From an uncultured Spirochaetales bacterium (lineage in GTDB: Bacteria > Spirochaetota > Spirochaetia > DSM-27196 > DATKUC01), in assembly GCA_964577375.1 (NCBI GenBank), contig CAZNYW010000003.1:40802-104801 (forward strand): a stretch of DNA of 64,000 bases. Direction: 5' to 3'. Made by a program: the position numbers and the translations under genes. The notes beneath the pieces were generated by a model, which made no database searches, was not told the origin of the DNA, and saw only the letters and a program-made list of their open reading frames with translations. This document shows positions 46,537 through 57,034 of this stretch, in pieces. Position 1 is the stretch's first letter. The number at the start of each line of letters is the position of its first letter.

Positions 46537-48363
46537 CTACAGCTCACGCACCGCCCCGCGGTCGGCCGAGGTCACATGTTTCGCGTACAGGCGAAGCGCC
46601 GCGGATACGGTCCGCTCCCGCGGACCCGGCGTGTACGCCTCCGCACCCCGGCTCTCCTCTTCCTTCCGGCGTGAGGCGAGCTCGGATTCTTCGAGTCTGA
46701 GGTTTATCGAGCGGTTGGGGATGTCGATGTCTATGATGTCTCCGTCGCGCACCAGCGCAATTCCACCACCCGCCGCCGCCTCCGGAGATACGTGGCCGAT
46801 CGAGAGCCCGCTCGTGCCGCCGGAAAATCGGCCGTCGGTGACGAGCGCGCAGCTCTTGCCCAGATGCATGCTCTTGATGTAACTGGTGGGATAGAGCATC
46901 TCCTGCATCCCGGGACCGCCTCTCGGTCCCTCGTACCGGATGACGACGACGTCGCCCTCCTTGACGCGGCCCTCGAGGATTCCGTCGCAGGATGCATCCT
47001 GGCTGTTGAATACTTTTGCCGGCCCGGAGAACTTCAGGATGGAGGAGTCGACCCCGGCGGTCTTCACGATGCAGCCGCTCTCCGCGAGATTGCCGAAGAG
47101 AACTGCGAGCCCGCCGTCGGGATAGTAGCAGTGCTCGACGTCGCGGATGCAGCCGCCGGCGCGGTCGCGGTCGAGATCCTTGAAGCGGGACGCCTGCGAG
47201 CCCATGGTCCGGCTCGGTACACCTGCGGGTGCACTCTCGAAGATGGACTTCGCCTCCTCACGCAGGTCCGCGCGTGTAACGTCATACCGGTCGATCGCCT
47301 CACCGAGGGTAAGACCGTCGACGCGATTCACCGAGCGATCGACGAGGCCACCACGGTCGAGCTCCGCCATTATGGACAGGATCCCACCGGCCCGGTTGAC
47401 GTCCTCGACGTGAAAGTGCGAGCTCGGCGCAACCTTGCAGAGGCAGGGAATCTTTCTCGAAAGCATGTCGATATCGCTCATGGTGAAATCGACGCCCGCT
47501 TCGTGCGCTATCGCCAGGAGGTGCAGTACGGTGTTGGTGGATCCGCCCATTGCGATATCGAGCGCCATGGCGTTCATGAACGCTGCCTTGGTGGCGATCG
47601 AGCGCGGCAGAACCGAGCTGTCCTCCTCGCCGTAGTAGCGGTTCGCGAGCTCCACGATACGGGCGCCGGCCTCTTCGAAGAGCTTCAGCCGGTTTGCGTG
47701 CGTGGCCACGATGGTTCCGTTTCCAACAGGCGCCATACCCAGCGCTTCGTTGAGGCAATTCATGGAGTTTGCGGTAAACATTCCCGAGCACGAGCCGCAG
47801 GTCGGGCAGGCCGCGTTTTCCACCTGATCGATCTCCTCATCGGAAACCGAGGAGTCGGCCGAGAGAACCATGGCGTCGATCAGATCGTACTTCCTGTCGC
47901 CGATTCTCCCCGCTTCCATTGGTCCCCCGGAAACGAAGATGGTGGGGATGTTCAGCCTCATGGCGGCAATCAGCATTCCCGGCGTGATCTTGTCGCAGTT
48001 TGAGATACAGATCAGCGCGTCTGCCTGGTGGGCGTTGACCATGTATTCCACACTGTCGGCAATGAGGTCTCGGGAGGGAAGCGAGTAGAGCATTCCGTCG
48101 TGACCCATCGCGATTCCGTCGTCCACGGCGATCGTGTTGAACTCGGCGGCATAGCAACCCTGCCGTTCGATGATCTCCTTCACCCGCTGGCCGATCTCAT
48201 GCAGGTGCGTATGTCCCGGTACGAACTGGGTGAACGAATTCGCAACCGCGATGACCGGCTTTCCGATCTGCTCGGTCTTCATTCCCGCTGCGCGCCACAG
48301 GCTCCGCGCGCCCGCCATCCGCCGCCCCATAGTGGTCGTTGCGCTTCTCAGACGAAATGCCAT
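46537..48363 (-). CDS. ilvD: dihydroxy-acid dehydratase
   Basis: The N-terminus [23 protein letters not shown]...[10 protein letters not shown] is colinear with E. coli IlvD. CDKITPGM and GGPGMQEML motifs. Confidence 0.95.
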   Translation of the reverse strand: MAFRLRSATTTMGRRMAGARSLWRAAGMKTEQIGKPVIAVANSFTQFVPGHTHLHEIGQRVKEIIERQGCYAAEFNTIAVDDGIAMGHDGMLYSLPSRDLIADSVEYMVNAHQADALICISNCDKITPGMLIAAMRLNIPTIFVSGGPMEAGRIGDRKYDLIDAMVLSADSSVSDEEIDQVENAACPTCGSCSGMFTANSMNCLNEALGMAPVGNGTIVATHANRLKLFEEAGARIVELANRYYGEEDSSVLPRSIATKAAFMNAMALDIAMGGSTNTVLHLLAIAHEAGVDFTMSDIDMLSRKIPCLCKVAPSSHFHVEDVNRAGGILSIMAELDRGGLVDRSVNRVDGLTLGEAIDRYDVTRADLREEAKSIFESAPAGVPSRTMGSQASRFKDLDRDRAGGCIRDVEHCYYPDGGLAVLFGNLAESGCIVKTAGVDSSILKFSGPAKVFNSQDASCDGILEGRVKEGDVVVIRYEGPRGGPGMQEMLYPTSYIKSMHLGKSCALVTDGRFSGGTSGLSIGHVSPEAAAGGGIALVRDGDIIDIDIPNRSINLRLEESELASRRKEEESRGAEAYTPGPRERTVSAALRLYAKHVTSADRGAVREL

Positions 48364-48427
48364 AGCTTCCTCCGAGGTTTACTTTACCGATAAAGAATTT
48401 GCGGGTCAACCGAGGAGATGCGTACGC

Positions 48428-48895
48428 CTACAGGCGCTGCATCTCCTCCATCTCGAGGATGAGGTCGAATACGTCCTGGGGCTGAGAGCAGTTCATGATC
48501 TTGCTCAGGAAGTTGGGACTTCCGACCAGACGCGCGCTCTTCTTGAGGATTGCCAGGTGCTTGTCGGAATCATACCGGTCGTCGATCAGAAGCATCACAA
48601 CGTGCGCCGGCTTCCCGTCCGGCGCACCGTAGTCGATACCCTGCTTGGACACACCAAAGGCACCGACGGTCCGCTTGAAGAGCCAGAGCGAAGCATGAGG
48701 CAGGGCGATGTTGGGAGCAACGAGCGTGCTCATTACGCTCTCACGCTGCCACAGGGCGTCCATGATTCGGTTGGGATCCGAAATCGCGCCCGTGTCCTCC
48801 AGGAAACTCACCATTTCGTGAAACAGCTCGGTTTTTGTCTTGCTTGCGAGGTCGACCTTGATTCGGTCCACGCTGAAAATTTCAGAAAGCAACAT
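48428..48895 (-). CDS. PTS EIIA(Ntr)/PtsN-like protein
   Basis: EIIA-2 fold pattern with the phosphorylatable His in NIALPHAS. I place the start at MLLSEIF (48895), with GGAGGAG 8 nt upstream. The gene lies 27 nt downstream of the V-ATPase K gene. Confidence 0.78.
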   Translation of the reverse strand: MLLSEIFSVDRIKVDLASKTKTELFHEMVSFLEDTGAISDPNRIMDALWQRESVMSTLVAPNIALPHASLWLFKRTVGAFGVSKQGIDYGAPDGKPAHVVMLLIDDRYDSDKHLAILKKSARLVGSPNFLSKIMNCSQPQDVFDLILEMEEMQRL

Positions 48896-48922
48896 CGCTG
48901 CGGCTCCTCCCGGTGACACGGG

Positions 48923-49396
48923 CTATTTTATCAGACCACCCATCAATATGACAGTCACCAGCCCAAGAATCGCGTAAAACTCCGGAAATGCAGCAAGAAC
49001 CAGCGTGTTGCCAAAGACGTTGTGGCCAGATCCTATCGACGTAATGCCGGACGCACAGACCTCTCCCATCTTGATGCCGGAGAAAAGGTTCACCGCGCCA
49101 AGCCCGACACCGGCGCCAAAAATCAGCGCCGCCTGGTACAGCGTCATCTGCGGGGACATATACCCAGCGTAGATGATGTAGCCGACGAACCCGTACAGCC
49201 CCTGTGTCGACGGCAGCGCCGAAAGCACGAGGTTAACGCCGAAGGTTTCGGGACGTTTCCGGATAGCACCGATTACCGCGTTACCGGCCGTGACAATCCC
49301 GATCGCCGACCCGATACCTGATAGCCCAAACATCAAACCCAATCCAAGTGCCGCCCAGGTGATGTTACCGCCCATTGCAGCTGCAATCGCTCCCAT
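48923..49396 (-). CDS. ntpK: V-type ATPase proteolipid subunit K
   Basis: Four-helix c-subunit duplication, LPSTQGLYGF and PEFYAILG motifs. Confidence 0.9.
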   Translation of the reverse strand: MGAIAAAMGGNITWAALGLGLMFGLSGIGSAIGIVTAGNAVIGAIRKRPETFGVNLVLSALPSTQGLYGFVGYIIYAGYMSPQMTLYQAALIFGAGVGLGAVNLFSGIKMGEVCASGITSIGSGHNVFGNTLVLAAFPEFYAILGLVTVILMGGLIK

Positions 49397-49447
49397 GAAA
49401 ATCCTCCAAGTCTAATAGATCTATCGTTCCCACACGGAATCAAAGTT

Positions 49448-51316
49448 TCAAGTTTTCAGTTCGAAGGGGCGATATTCCACCCCGCCGCCTTTGAACCCGA
49501 CCGAGTTGTAGAACTCGACGAAAGTGAGCCTCAAGGAGTGAACGAAAGCGGACAGCAGTCCGATCGCCAGATTTACTCCCGACCCAATCAGAAGCACAAG
49601 TATCATCGGAAAGATGCCCCACCACGCGTCGCCCTTTACCATTACCGACAGGTTGATTACCGTCTCCCCGAGCAGTGCGCCCGAGAGCCCAAGCGCAAAC
49701 AGACGCAGATAGGAGAGGATGTAACCGGGAACCGTGGTCGCAAGCTCGTAAAGCTCCCACAGGCCCAAGAGCGGCCGCAGAAAGATCTTCTTTTCCAGAC
49801 TGTTGAACAACAGCAGCAGCACTAGCCCGACTGCAATCATTCCGAAGCCAATCTGCTGCACTGAGGGAATCATTGCTGCGGCGGCGCCGAACGGTATCGG
49901 TCCGACTTTGAATGATGGGCCGAGCGAATGCAGCGCGGCAAGCACGATCCCTACAAGCATCAGTATGATACCTGCAGGTTTCAACGCCGCCGCAGGACCA
50001 TTTGCCCGCACCTGATTTATCGCACGCAGCACGTACCCGAACGTTATCTGTACGATGCCGAGGGTAATCGCGAGCATCATCGCGCTATTGACGCTGCCGA
50101 ACAGCACCGCCTGCGACAGGGCAGAATGAGGTCCTGCCAGACTTGTGATCTTGATGCCGAAAAGATCGTTCAACAAGAGCCCGAAAACAATTATCGAAAC
50201 CGAAAGTATCAGCCCGAGATACAGCAGCGGCCTCACCGACTTGCGTTTGATCACCGCGAAAGCAATGAGAGCGGCCACCAGCAGCAGAATACCGTAGCCC
50301 AGATCTGCAACACAGAGGCCGAAGAAAATGGTATAAAACGGCGCAAAGAAGGGTGTCGGGTCCAGCTCCCGGTAGTTGGGAATGCTGAATATCCGGAGAA
50401 TAGGCTCGAACAGCCGGGTATATCCGCCGTTGTGAAGCTTAACCGGAACCCTGTCTTCGGGTTCGGGTTCTTCGAGCAGGAATGCCGCCTCTTCATCTGA
50501 AAGAAACTCCTCGAGGCGGCTGCGCTGCCGGGCCGGGATCCACCCCGTGAGAAAGTAGAGATGGCCTTCACCGGCATCGTGAGCACTCGCAACGACCGTC
50601 TTGAAGGAGAGCTCGTTCTGCAGCTCGGCATTACGGGCCTCGAGCGTACCGGTGTACGGAAGCAGAGCGTCGATCTCCGAACGTGCCTCGGCAAGCCCCT
50701 CGTCGACCTTTGCCATACGTTCCCGGACGAGTGTGACGTTACGCTCGGGAAGGCGTTCTTCCGGCACCGAAATCGGGGTTCCCTCTTTGTCGTCCGGACC
50801 AACGACCGCGAAGTACGCCGTTCCTTTGTCTTCAAATAACGGGACGTAGGAGCGGCGCGCATCGCCCTCCATCTCTTCGGCAATATGCGCAGCGGTCGCA
50901 AGGGTCGCCGAATGGACCGACATTCGGAGCCCGAACTTGTCGAGCCCTTCGATCAGCTCCGGATCGAAGTTGCCCCAGCGTTCGGCGGCGGCAAGCTCCC
51001 GCACAAGCTGCGCGCGTTCAGTTTCGTACCCGTCGATCCGGACACGAAGCAGGTCGATCTTCCGGATCAGATCGTCGGCCTTTCCCGGATATTGTGCCGC
51101 CGAAGGCTGCTCCGGAAGCTCGGCAGCTCGCTGCCGCAGGTAGTTTTGAAGCTGCACGATCCGGCTTATCCTTGCCGCGAGCCGCGAAATATCGGGGTCG
51201 TCTTCCACCTGCTGCTGTTCGACGTGCACAATTCCGAACTTCTGCAGTTCAGACACGAACTTTTCACGGGTCGCGGGCCGGAACAGCAGCGTCAGCTTGA
51301 CCATTGGCTCAACCAT
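49448..51316 (-). CDS. ntpI: V-type ATPase subunit I (a-subunit homologue)
   Basis: Soluble coiled N-terminal half plus a polytopic C-terminal half with ...LSYLRLFALGL... (conserved Arg). Position in the operon agrees. Confidence 0.9.
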   Translation of the reverse strand: MVEPMVKLTLLFRPATREKFVSELQKFGIVHVEQQQVEDDPDISRLAARISRIVQLQNYLRQRAAELPEQPSAAQYPGKADDLIRKIDLLRVRIDGYETERAQLVRELAAAERWGNFDPELIEGLDKFGLRMSVHSATLATAAHIAEEMEGDARRSYVPLFEDKGTAYFAVVGPDDKEGTPISVPEERLPERNVTLVRERMAKVDEGLAEARSEIDALLPYTGTLEARNAELQNELSFKTVVASAHDAGEGHLYFLTGWIPARQRSRLEEFLSDEEAAFLLEEPEPEDRVPVKLHNGGYTRLFEPILRIFSIPNYRELDPTPFFAPFYTIFFGLCVADLGYGILLLVAALIAFAVIKRKSVRPLLYLGLILSVSIIVFGLLLNDLFGIKITSLAGPHSALSQAVLFGSVNSAMMLAITLGIVQITFGYVLRAINQVRANGPAAALKPAGIILMLVGIVLAALHSLGPSFKVGPIPFGAAAAMIPSVQQIGFGMIAVGLVLLLLFNSLEKKIFLRPLLGLWELYELATTVPGYILSYLRLFALGLSGALLGETVINLSVMVKGDAWWGIFPMILVLLIGSGVNLAIGLLSAFVHSLRLTFVEFYNSVGFKGGGVEYRPFELKT

Positions 51317-51926
51317 CGGCTAACTCCTCTTCAAGTTCCTGTGCTTCCGCGCGTTGCTTTGTGATCTTTTGAACAGCGGTATCGAGATTTGCGACATCCT
51401 CCAGGTATCGTTTGATACGGCTGATTGCTTCGCCGTAAGCGGGAATCTGCACCTTCTCGTAAAGATTTACCTTTTGCGTTGTCTTGCGTCGCGCCGATTG
51501 AATGACCTCGATTCCTTTGGAGACCACTTCCATTCGTGTCAGCATTGTCGTCAAGTCGCGGAGAATAATGACTCCTGTGGAAACCCACAGCGGCCGGTGG
51601 AAACGGGAAAAATCGCGAAGGTTGAAGTCGATTCTCTCGATGTCGGGAACTTCTACGCCGGCAATTCTGCTCCGCTTTATGAGTATCTCTTTCAGCTCGT
51701 AAATATGCGATGGGAACTCCGCCCAGAGCCGGATATCGCCGCGAAGCTGCGAGAGCTTTTTCTCGTACTCGGCCTCGAGCCGCGCATATTCGTCTTTCTG
51801 CCTTTTCTCAGTGACACGGAGCGCCGCTTCCTTGCTCTTGAGAATAGGAAGCGCAGATTCGCGGATCTTCAGCTGGCGCTGAAGCATCTGCATGGACACT
51901 TTGTTGAATTGATATTTCAACTCCAT
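51309..51926 (-). CDS. ntpD: V-type ATPase subunit D
   Basis: About 205-aa coiled-coil protein, ...LPILKSKEAALR..., located between B and I. Confidence 0.88.
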   Translation of the reverse strand: MELKYQFNKVSMQMLQRQLKIRESALPILKSKEAALRVTEKRQKDEYARLEAEYEKKLSQLRGDIRLWAEFPSHIYELKEILIKRSRIAGVEVPDIERIDFNLRDFSRFHRPLWVSTGVIILRDLTTMLTRMEVVSKGIEVIQSARRKTTQKVNLYEKVQIPAYGEAISRIKRYLEDVANLDTAVQKITKQRAEAQELEEELADG

Positions 51927-51929
51927 GGC

Positions 51930-53261
51930 TCACGCCTCACTGCCCTTCCAGTATTTCTCGAGAATCGACTCCTTGATGCCGATTTCGGAACGATGGAAGT
52001 ATGTGCCAAGGAGATCCCAGGCCGCATCGAGCATCTGCTCGATCTGCAGATTAACGTCGATAGCAAGAAGCCTCGTCGAGTAATCGGAGGCGAACTTGAT
52101 TGCGCGGGTATCGTAGTCGGTAAGCTCGAAGCCGTTGTCTCGCTTCGTCCGGGCGTTCGCCGCATCTGAATAGAGGCGCACCGCAGCGTTCATCACCTGC
52201 GGATGGTCTTCGCGGGTCTTCTTGCCGATCACAAGCTGCTTCAACCGCGACAGAGACCGAAACGGATCGACGATGACCTTGTTGATGTCACTGTCCTTGC
52301 GAAGGAACAGCTGTCCTTCCGTGATATAGCCGGTGTTGTCGGGAACCGCATGGGTGATGTCGCCGCCGGAAAGAGTCGTCACCGCGATGATGGTGATCGC
52401 GCCACCGCCGGGAAACTGTGCGGCCTTCTCGTAGATTTTCGCGAGGTCGGAATAGAGCGAACCCGGCATCGAGTCTTTCGACGGTATGCGATCCATCTTG
52501 TTGGCGACGATGGCGAGCGCGTCGGCGAAGAGCGACATGTCGGTGAGAAGCACCAGAACATTCTGGTTGTGATCCACCGCAAAGTACTCTGCGGCGGTTA
52601 GCGCCATATCCGGTATGAGCAGCCGTTCGACCGCTGAGTCGTCGGTGGTGTTGACGTAGCTGATAATCTTGTCGAGCGACCCGGCATTGTCGAACAGCTC
52701 ACGGTAGTAGAGATAGTCGTCGTTCGACATGCCCATACCGCCGAGAATGATCTTGTCTGCCTGTGCACGAAGAGCGACGTCGGCCATCACCTGGTTGTAG
52801 GGCTGGTCGGGGTCGGCGAAGAACGGAATCTTCTGACCGGTAACGATCGTGTTATTCAGATCGATCCCCGCAATGCCTGTCGCGATGAGTTCCGACGGCT
52901 GGCGTCTCCGCACCGGGTTGAGCGATGGACCACCGATCTCGCGCTCCTCACCTTCGACCGGGGCACCGCCGTCGATCGGATCGCCGTATGCATTGAAGAA
53001 GCGGCCGGCCATTTGCGGAGAAACGCGGATCATCGGCGGTTTTCCGGTGAAAACGACCTCCGCATTGGTGCTGATGCCTTCGGTGCCTTCGAAAACCTGC
53101 AACGTCACCTCATCGCCGTTAATCTGCAGCACCTGCGCGTGTCGTCCTGCGACGTAGGCAAGTTCTTCGTTGGATACGTCGGTCGCGTGGAGTGAGCAGG
53201 TCGCCTTGGTAAGCTTTGATATCTTGGTGTAGACCCGCTGAAAAGCGCTGGTTTCTCTCAT
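51930..53261 (-). CDS. ntpB: V-type ATPase subunit B
   Basis: A/B-family non-catalytic subunit: ...GQKIPFF..., ...LTDMSLFADAL..., ...PGSLYSDLAKIYE... Confidence 0.95.
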   Translation of the reverse strand: MRETSAFQRVYTKISKLTKATCSLHATDVSNEELAYVAGRHAQVLQINGDEVTLQVFEGTEGISTNAEVVFTGKPPMIRVSPQMAGRFFNAYGDPIDGGAPVEGEEREIGGPSLNPVRRRQPSELIATGIAGIDLNNTIVTGQKIPFFADPDQPYNQVMADVALRAQADKIILGGMGMSNDDYLYYRELFDNAGSLDKIISYVNTTDDSAVERLLIPDMALTAAEYFAVDHNQNVLVLLTDMSLFADALAIVANKMDRIPSKDSMPGSLYSDLAKIYEKAAQFPGGGAITIIAVTTLSGGDITHAVPDNTGYITEGQLFLRKDSDINKVIVDPFRSLSRLKQLVIGKKTREDHPQVMNAAVRLYSDAANARTKRDNGFELTDYDTRAIKFASDYSTRLLAIDVNLQIEQMLDAAWDLLGTYFHRSEIGIKESILEKYWKGSEA

Positions 53262-55027
53262 TTTGCAGCCTCCTCAGCCACAGCCCGCTCCTTGATGATC
53301 GCCAGGAGCTCATTCTCGTGGCGCTTGAAATCGTCGGACTGAAACTCGCTGTAATTCATCTGCCTGAAGGAGTTGATGATTCGTTTGAAGTACGCGCCCA
53401 CCTGCTCGAAACTGTCGAAATTGTATTCCTGCGAGCACATGTCGAGCACCCGGTCGAGCATGTATTTCTGCCGTTCGAACGGTGTCACCGAATCGACCGG
53501 GTCGAACGCGTCCTGCTGCATGAGTACGAAATCGATGGTTTCCGATTTCCAGAATGTTGTGTGATAGTCGACCGGCACCCCGTCGTCGCCGAGGATATTG
53601 ATCTGGTCGTCGGCTTCCTTGCCTCGCTGCGTCCAGTTCTTTGCCTCGAGGACCTTTTCAACCCAGTCGGGATCGAGCTTCTCGGCAAGATATTTCTCGA
53701 TTTCGGGGTACTCGAGATACTTCGAGTAACTGTCGATCGGGTCAACTGCCGGGTACCTTTTCGAATCGGCACGTGCCTGGGACAACGCGTAAAAACAACG
53801 CGCCGACTTCTTGGTCGATTCGGTCACCGGTTCCTTGAGGTTGCCGCCGGCCGGAGAGACCGTACCGATGAATGTCACCGATCCGGTTTTTCCGTTGTTC
53901 AAGCGAACGATGCCTGCGCGCGAGTAGAAGGAGGCTATGATTGCCGGAAGGTCCATCGGAAACGCGTCGGGACCCGGCAGCTCCTCGAGCCTGTTCGACA
54001 TCTCGCGCAGGGCCTGGGCCCACCGCGAAGTCGAATCAGCGAGCATAAGAACCCGCAGCCCCATGAGTCGGTAGTACTCCGCAATTGTCATCGATGTATA
54101 GACGGACGCCTCACGGGCAGCTACGGGCATGTTTGACGTGTTGCAGATGATGGTGGTGCGTTCCATCAGTTTTCGGCCGGTACGCGGATCGATCAGCTCG
54201 GGAAACTCGGTGAAGAGCTCGACGACCTCGTTTGCGCGTTCGCCGCAGGCGGCCATGATAATGATGTCGGCTTCCGCGTTTTTCGAAACTGCATGTTGAA
54301 GGACGGTCTTGCCGCAGCCGAACGGCCCCGGGATAAATCCCGTTCCGCCTTCGGCGATCGGGTTGAATGTATCGATAACGCGCACGCCGGTCTCGAGCAC
54401 GCGATAGGGCCGCGGCTTCTCCCTGTACGCGGTTATGGCCCGCTTCACCGGCCATCGCTGCATCATCGTCACCTCGACCGACTTGTCGTCGCCGTTCTTG
54501 AGTACGGCGATGACATCCGCGACTCGGCGGGGACCGGGAGGCTCGATCGAAACGATTGTCCATACCCCTTCGAGATCGAACGGAACCATGATCTTATGGT
54601 TCAGCCAGTTCTCCTGCACTTCCCCGAGCCAGTCCGCAGCGCGGACGGTATCGCCGACGTGACCGTAGGGGATAAAGTCGTAGCTCTGATCCCGGTCGAG
54701 CGGTTCCACGTACTCCCCGCGCTTGAGGAAAAGTCCCACCTTCTTCTCGAGATCTCCCTGCAATCCGTCGTAGATCCGGGAAAGAATTCCGGGGCCCAGT
54801 TCGACCTCGAGCATTCGCCCGGTGAACTCGACCTCGGCGCCGATCTTCAATCCGCGGGTTGTTTCGAACACCTGCGCGAACGCGCGGTCGCCGTTGACCC
54901 GGATGACCTCGCTCATGAGATTATCGCCTTTGGTGCTGACATAGCAGATTTCGTTCTGTGAAACCGGCCCATCGACGCGTATAGTCAAGAGATTACTGTT
55001 GATCCCTACTACTCTTCCTGCCGTCAT
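53258..55027 (-). CDS. ntpA: V-type ATPase catalytic subunit A
   Basis: Walker A GPFGCGKTV, ...ADSTSRWAQALREMS..., and the non-homologous insert typical of A subunits. I place the start at MTAGRVVGINS. Confidence 0.95.
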   Translation of the reverse strand: MTAGRVVGINSNLLTIRVDGPVSQNEICYVSTKGDNLMSEVIRVNGDRAFAQVFETTRGLKIGAEVEFTGRMLEVELGPGILSRIYDGLQGDLEKKVGLFLKRGEYVEPLDRDQSYDFIPYGHVGDTVRAADWLGEVQENWLNHKIMVPFDLEGVWTIVSIEPPGPRRVADVIAVLKNGDDKSVEVTMMQRWPVKRAITAYREKPRPYRVLETGVRVIDTFNPIAEGGTGFIPGPFGCGKTVLQHAVSKNAEADIIIMAACGERANEVVELFTEFPELIDPRTGRKLMERTTIICNTSNMPVAAREASVYTSMTIAEYYRLMGLRVLMLADSTSRWAQALREMSNRLEELPGPDAFPMDLPAIIASFYSRAGIVRLNNGKTGSVTFIGTVSPAGGNLKEPVTESTKKSARCFYALSQARADSKRYPAVDPIDSYSKYLEYPEIEKYLAEKLDPDWVEKVLEAKNWTQRGKEADDQINILGDDGVPVDYHTTFWKSETIDFVLMQQDAFDPVDSVTPFERQKYMLDRVLDMCSQEYNFDSFEQVGAYFKRIINSFRQMNYSEFQSDDFKRHENELLAIIKERAVAEEAAK

Positions 55028-55862
55028 CTTCTTTGTCTCCGATGTGTGAAAACTCGAGGGAGAACCGCACACTCCGGCGTACCGCATTGAGGAGCTCGCC
55101 GAAAAGCTCGTCGCCCTTTTCTTCGTTCAGTGTCTGCCATCGTTCCACGGATTGGTACTTGACGACATAACTGAGAATGAAATCTATAGAGAAGAACTGC
55201 GACCCCACTCTCTCGTCGAGCCAGTTCCAGCGGATGCGTGCCATTGTCTCTTCATGCGCAGTGAGATCGGTCGTCTGGAATACTCGAACCAACTCCTCTA
55301 CGAAGGGAAACTCGGCGGCAAGCCCGAAGTCGGGCGGATTCGCCGTCATAATCGCGTCGTACGCGTCACCGCGAGGAATCAATCGCTCTCGATACGGAAA
55401 ACCCTGGCTCTCACGGCTGAGCGCGATCGTCAGGTTCCGGAAATCAAGCTCGCGCCTGAAGTAGTCCCGGACAAACTCCGACTCTATGTTCCCGAGCATG
55501 TCATAGAAAAGAATGGAAAGCTCATCAATGAGGGGAAGATCCGGGTATGCGCGCGCGTTGCTGCGCAGGAGCTCGAAAAACTCGTTCAGGAAAGGCAGCA
55601 CGTCGCCACCTGTCTGGGCCGCTTCCATCAGGGTATCCCGATCGTAGCAGGAGGGGGTGACGAAGCTGTCTTCCGCATTGTGGTAAGAGATGGCATTTCG
55701 CATGTCGTGCATGAGGAAAAGCTGCCGCAGCGCGACCCGGTCATCGGGTTGGAGATTGGATTCCAGGTAGTCGATCAGCTCTTGCAGCGTTTCCCGCGGT
55801 ACGTCCTGGCCCCACTTCACATCTGCGAGACTGGCGGCCAGAAAGTAGTAATTGTGTCTCAC
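54993..55862 (-). CDS. DUF2764-family protein (occupies the C/d-like slot in Bacteroidota/Spirochaetota-type V-ATPase operons)
   Basis: N-terminal NYYFLAASL... pattern, and its position between subunits E and A. Family assigned from memory. Confidence 0.65.
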   Translation of the reverse strand: MRHNYYFLAASLADVKWGQDVPRETLQELIDYLESNLQPDDRVALRQLFLMHDMRNAISYHNAEDSFVTPSCYDRDTLMEAAQTGGDVLPFLNEFFELLRSNARAYPDLPLIDELSILFYDMLGNIESEFVRDYFRRELDFRNLTIALSRESQGFPYRERLIPRGDAYDAIMTANPPDFGLAAEFPFVEELVRVFQTTDLTAHEETMARIRWNWLDERVGSQFFSIDFILSYVVKYQSVERWQTLNEEKGDELFGELLNAVRRSVRFSLEFSHIGDKEDDGRKSSRDQQ

Positions 55863-56515
55863 CTACCCTGCCCTGCCTGCCGGTTGTTCGAATCGGCGAC
55901 CTTTTCCGTATTGGACGGAAACAGCGCCTCGCGGGTACGCTGTCGGAGAAAACCCTGAAAGAAGGAGACAAAGTCCTCCTCCTGGAACGAGATGCGGTAG
56001 CTGCCGTCTTTCGGGCGAATCCGAAAGCCGGTTTTGACCTCGTCGCTGTAGGTCAGATCCAGTCCCCTATCGAGCATGTCCTTCGCTTTAGCAGCGAAGT
56101 GATTCGTCATAGCTTCCCGGCGTTCGGGGGGAAGAACCACCGAGATGTCCACGCTGGTTTCGCCAACGTTCCATTTCTCCACGATGTCACGAATGAGCTT
56201 CTGTATGAACGCTTCATCCGACAGGCCGGCCTTGACGCCCGCGGGAAGCGTATTGTCCACAAGACACTCGGTAACACGGTTTTCCAGCTGGGCGAGAGCC
56301 TGCTCGCCTGCGAGCTTCAGTTCGGCGGATAGTCGCGCCCTTGACTGCTCAGCCTCGCTTTTTGCCGTTTCAACGATTTCCGAGGCTTTCTTATGCGCTT
56401 CGGCCAGTATTCGGTCGGCTTCTTTGCGCGCGTTTTCGAGCAGTTCTTCTTCCTGCTCTTTCGCTTTGGCAACGCCTTCCTCGTAGATCTTCGTTGTGAG
56501 GTCTTCCAACTTCAT
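55859..56515 (-). CDS. ntpE: V-type ATPase subunit E
   Basis: Long charged N-terminal helix (KIYEEGVAKAKEQEEELLENARKEADRILAEA...) plus a globular C-terminus. First gene of the operon. GGAGGG upstream. Confidence 0.85.
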   Translation of the reverse strand: MKLEDLTTKIYEEGVAKAKEQEEELLENARKEADRILAEAHKKASEIVETAKSEAEQSRARLSAELKLAGEQALAQLENRVTECLVDNTLPAGVKAGLSDEAFIQKLIRDIVEKWNVGETSVDISVVLPPERREAMTNHFAAKAKDMLDRGLDLTYSDEVKTGFRIRPKDGSYRISFQEEDFVSFFQGFLRQRTREALFPSNTEKVADSNNRQAGQGR

Positions 56516-57005
56516 GATGTTACTTGCCCTCCGCCCTTCCTGGTACGGTCATGGATTGAATCCAACCGCAGGAAGCAGGCTCCTCGTAGTGTAGGGGCAT
56601 AACCACCCATACAGAACAGTTGATGTGCTTGTTTTCCGTAGTCGAGTCAGCAGCCACAGACAGGTCCCGTGCGTGCGGTCCTTTCGCGGGACCGGACGCC
56701 AACCGTTACAGATCGGCGTATTTGACGCTCGGAGCGGATTAGATGGGAATCCCGCCCGATTCAGCCCACGGTTCAGTCCAAATTTACCGAGCGGTTTTCC
56801 CGGAATGGTATCCACACGTATGTTCGATTGCATCAGCAAACAGCAGCGAGCCGCATTTCATCGGATCTGCTTGTGTTTCCCGGTGACAAACATATCCATG
56901 CGTTCAAGTTACGGGAATAGACCATAAGGGTTATTCTTCGGAAAATTATCGAACTGAAACATGGTCTCTTTCGACGCCGCTGATACACCCGCACCACAGG
57001 CATGC

Positions 57006-57034
57006 TTGCCATGGATTGTGTGCGCAGATAGTAT
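57006..57034 (+). promoter_or_regulatory. candidate sigma70 promoter TTGCCA-N17-TAGTAT ending 6 nt before the serS ATG (would give a leaderless mRNA)
   Basis: Hexamers and spacing read directly from the sequence. There is no purine-rich SD in the 15 nt before the ATG at 57041. Confidence 0.4.

Noticed and set aside
56553-56582. SRP-RNA-like (CCGCAGGAAGCAGGC) and tRNA T-arm-like (GGATTGAATCC) strings in the V-ATPase/serS intergenic region
   Set aside because: The SRP domain IV consensus (GGUCCGGAAGGAAGCAGCC with a symmetric partner strand) is not present, and no cloverleaf can be drawn around the T-arm-like string. Both are probably chance matches.
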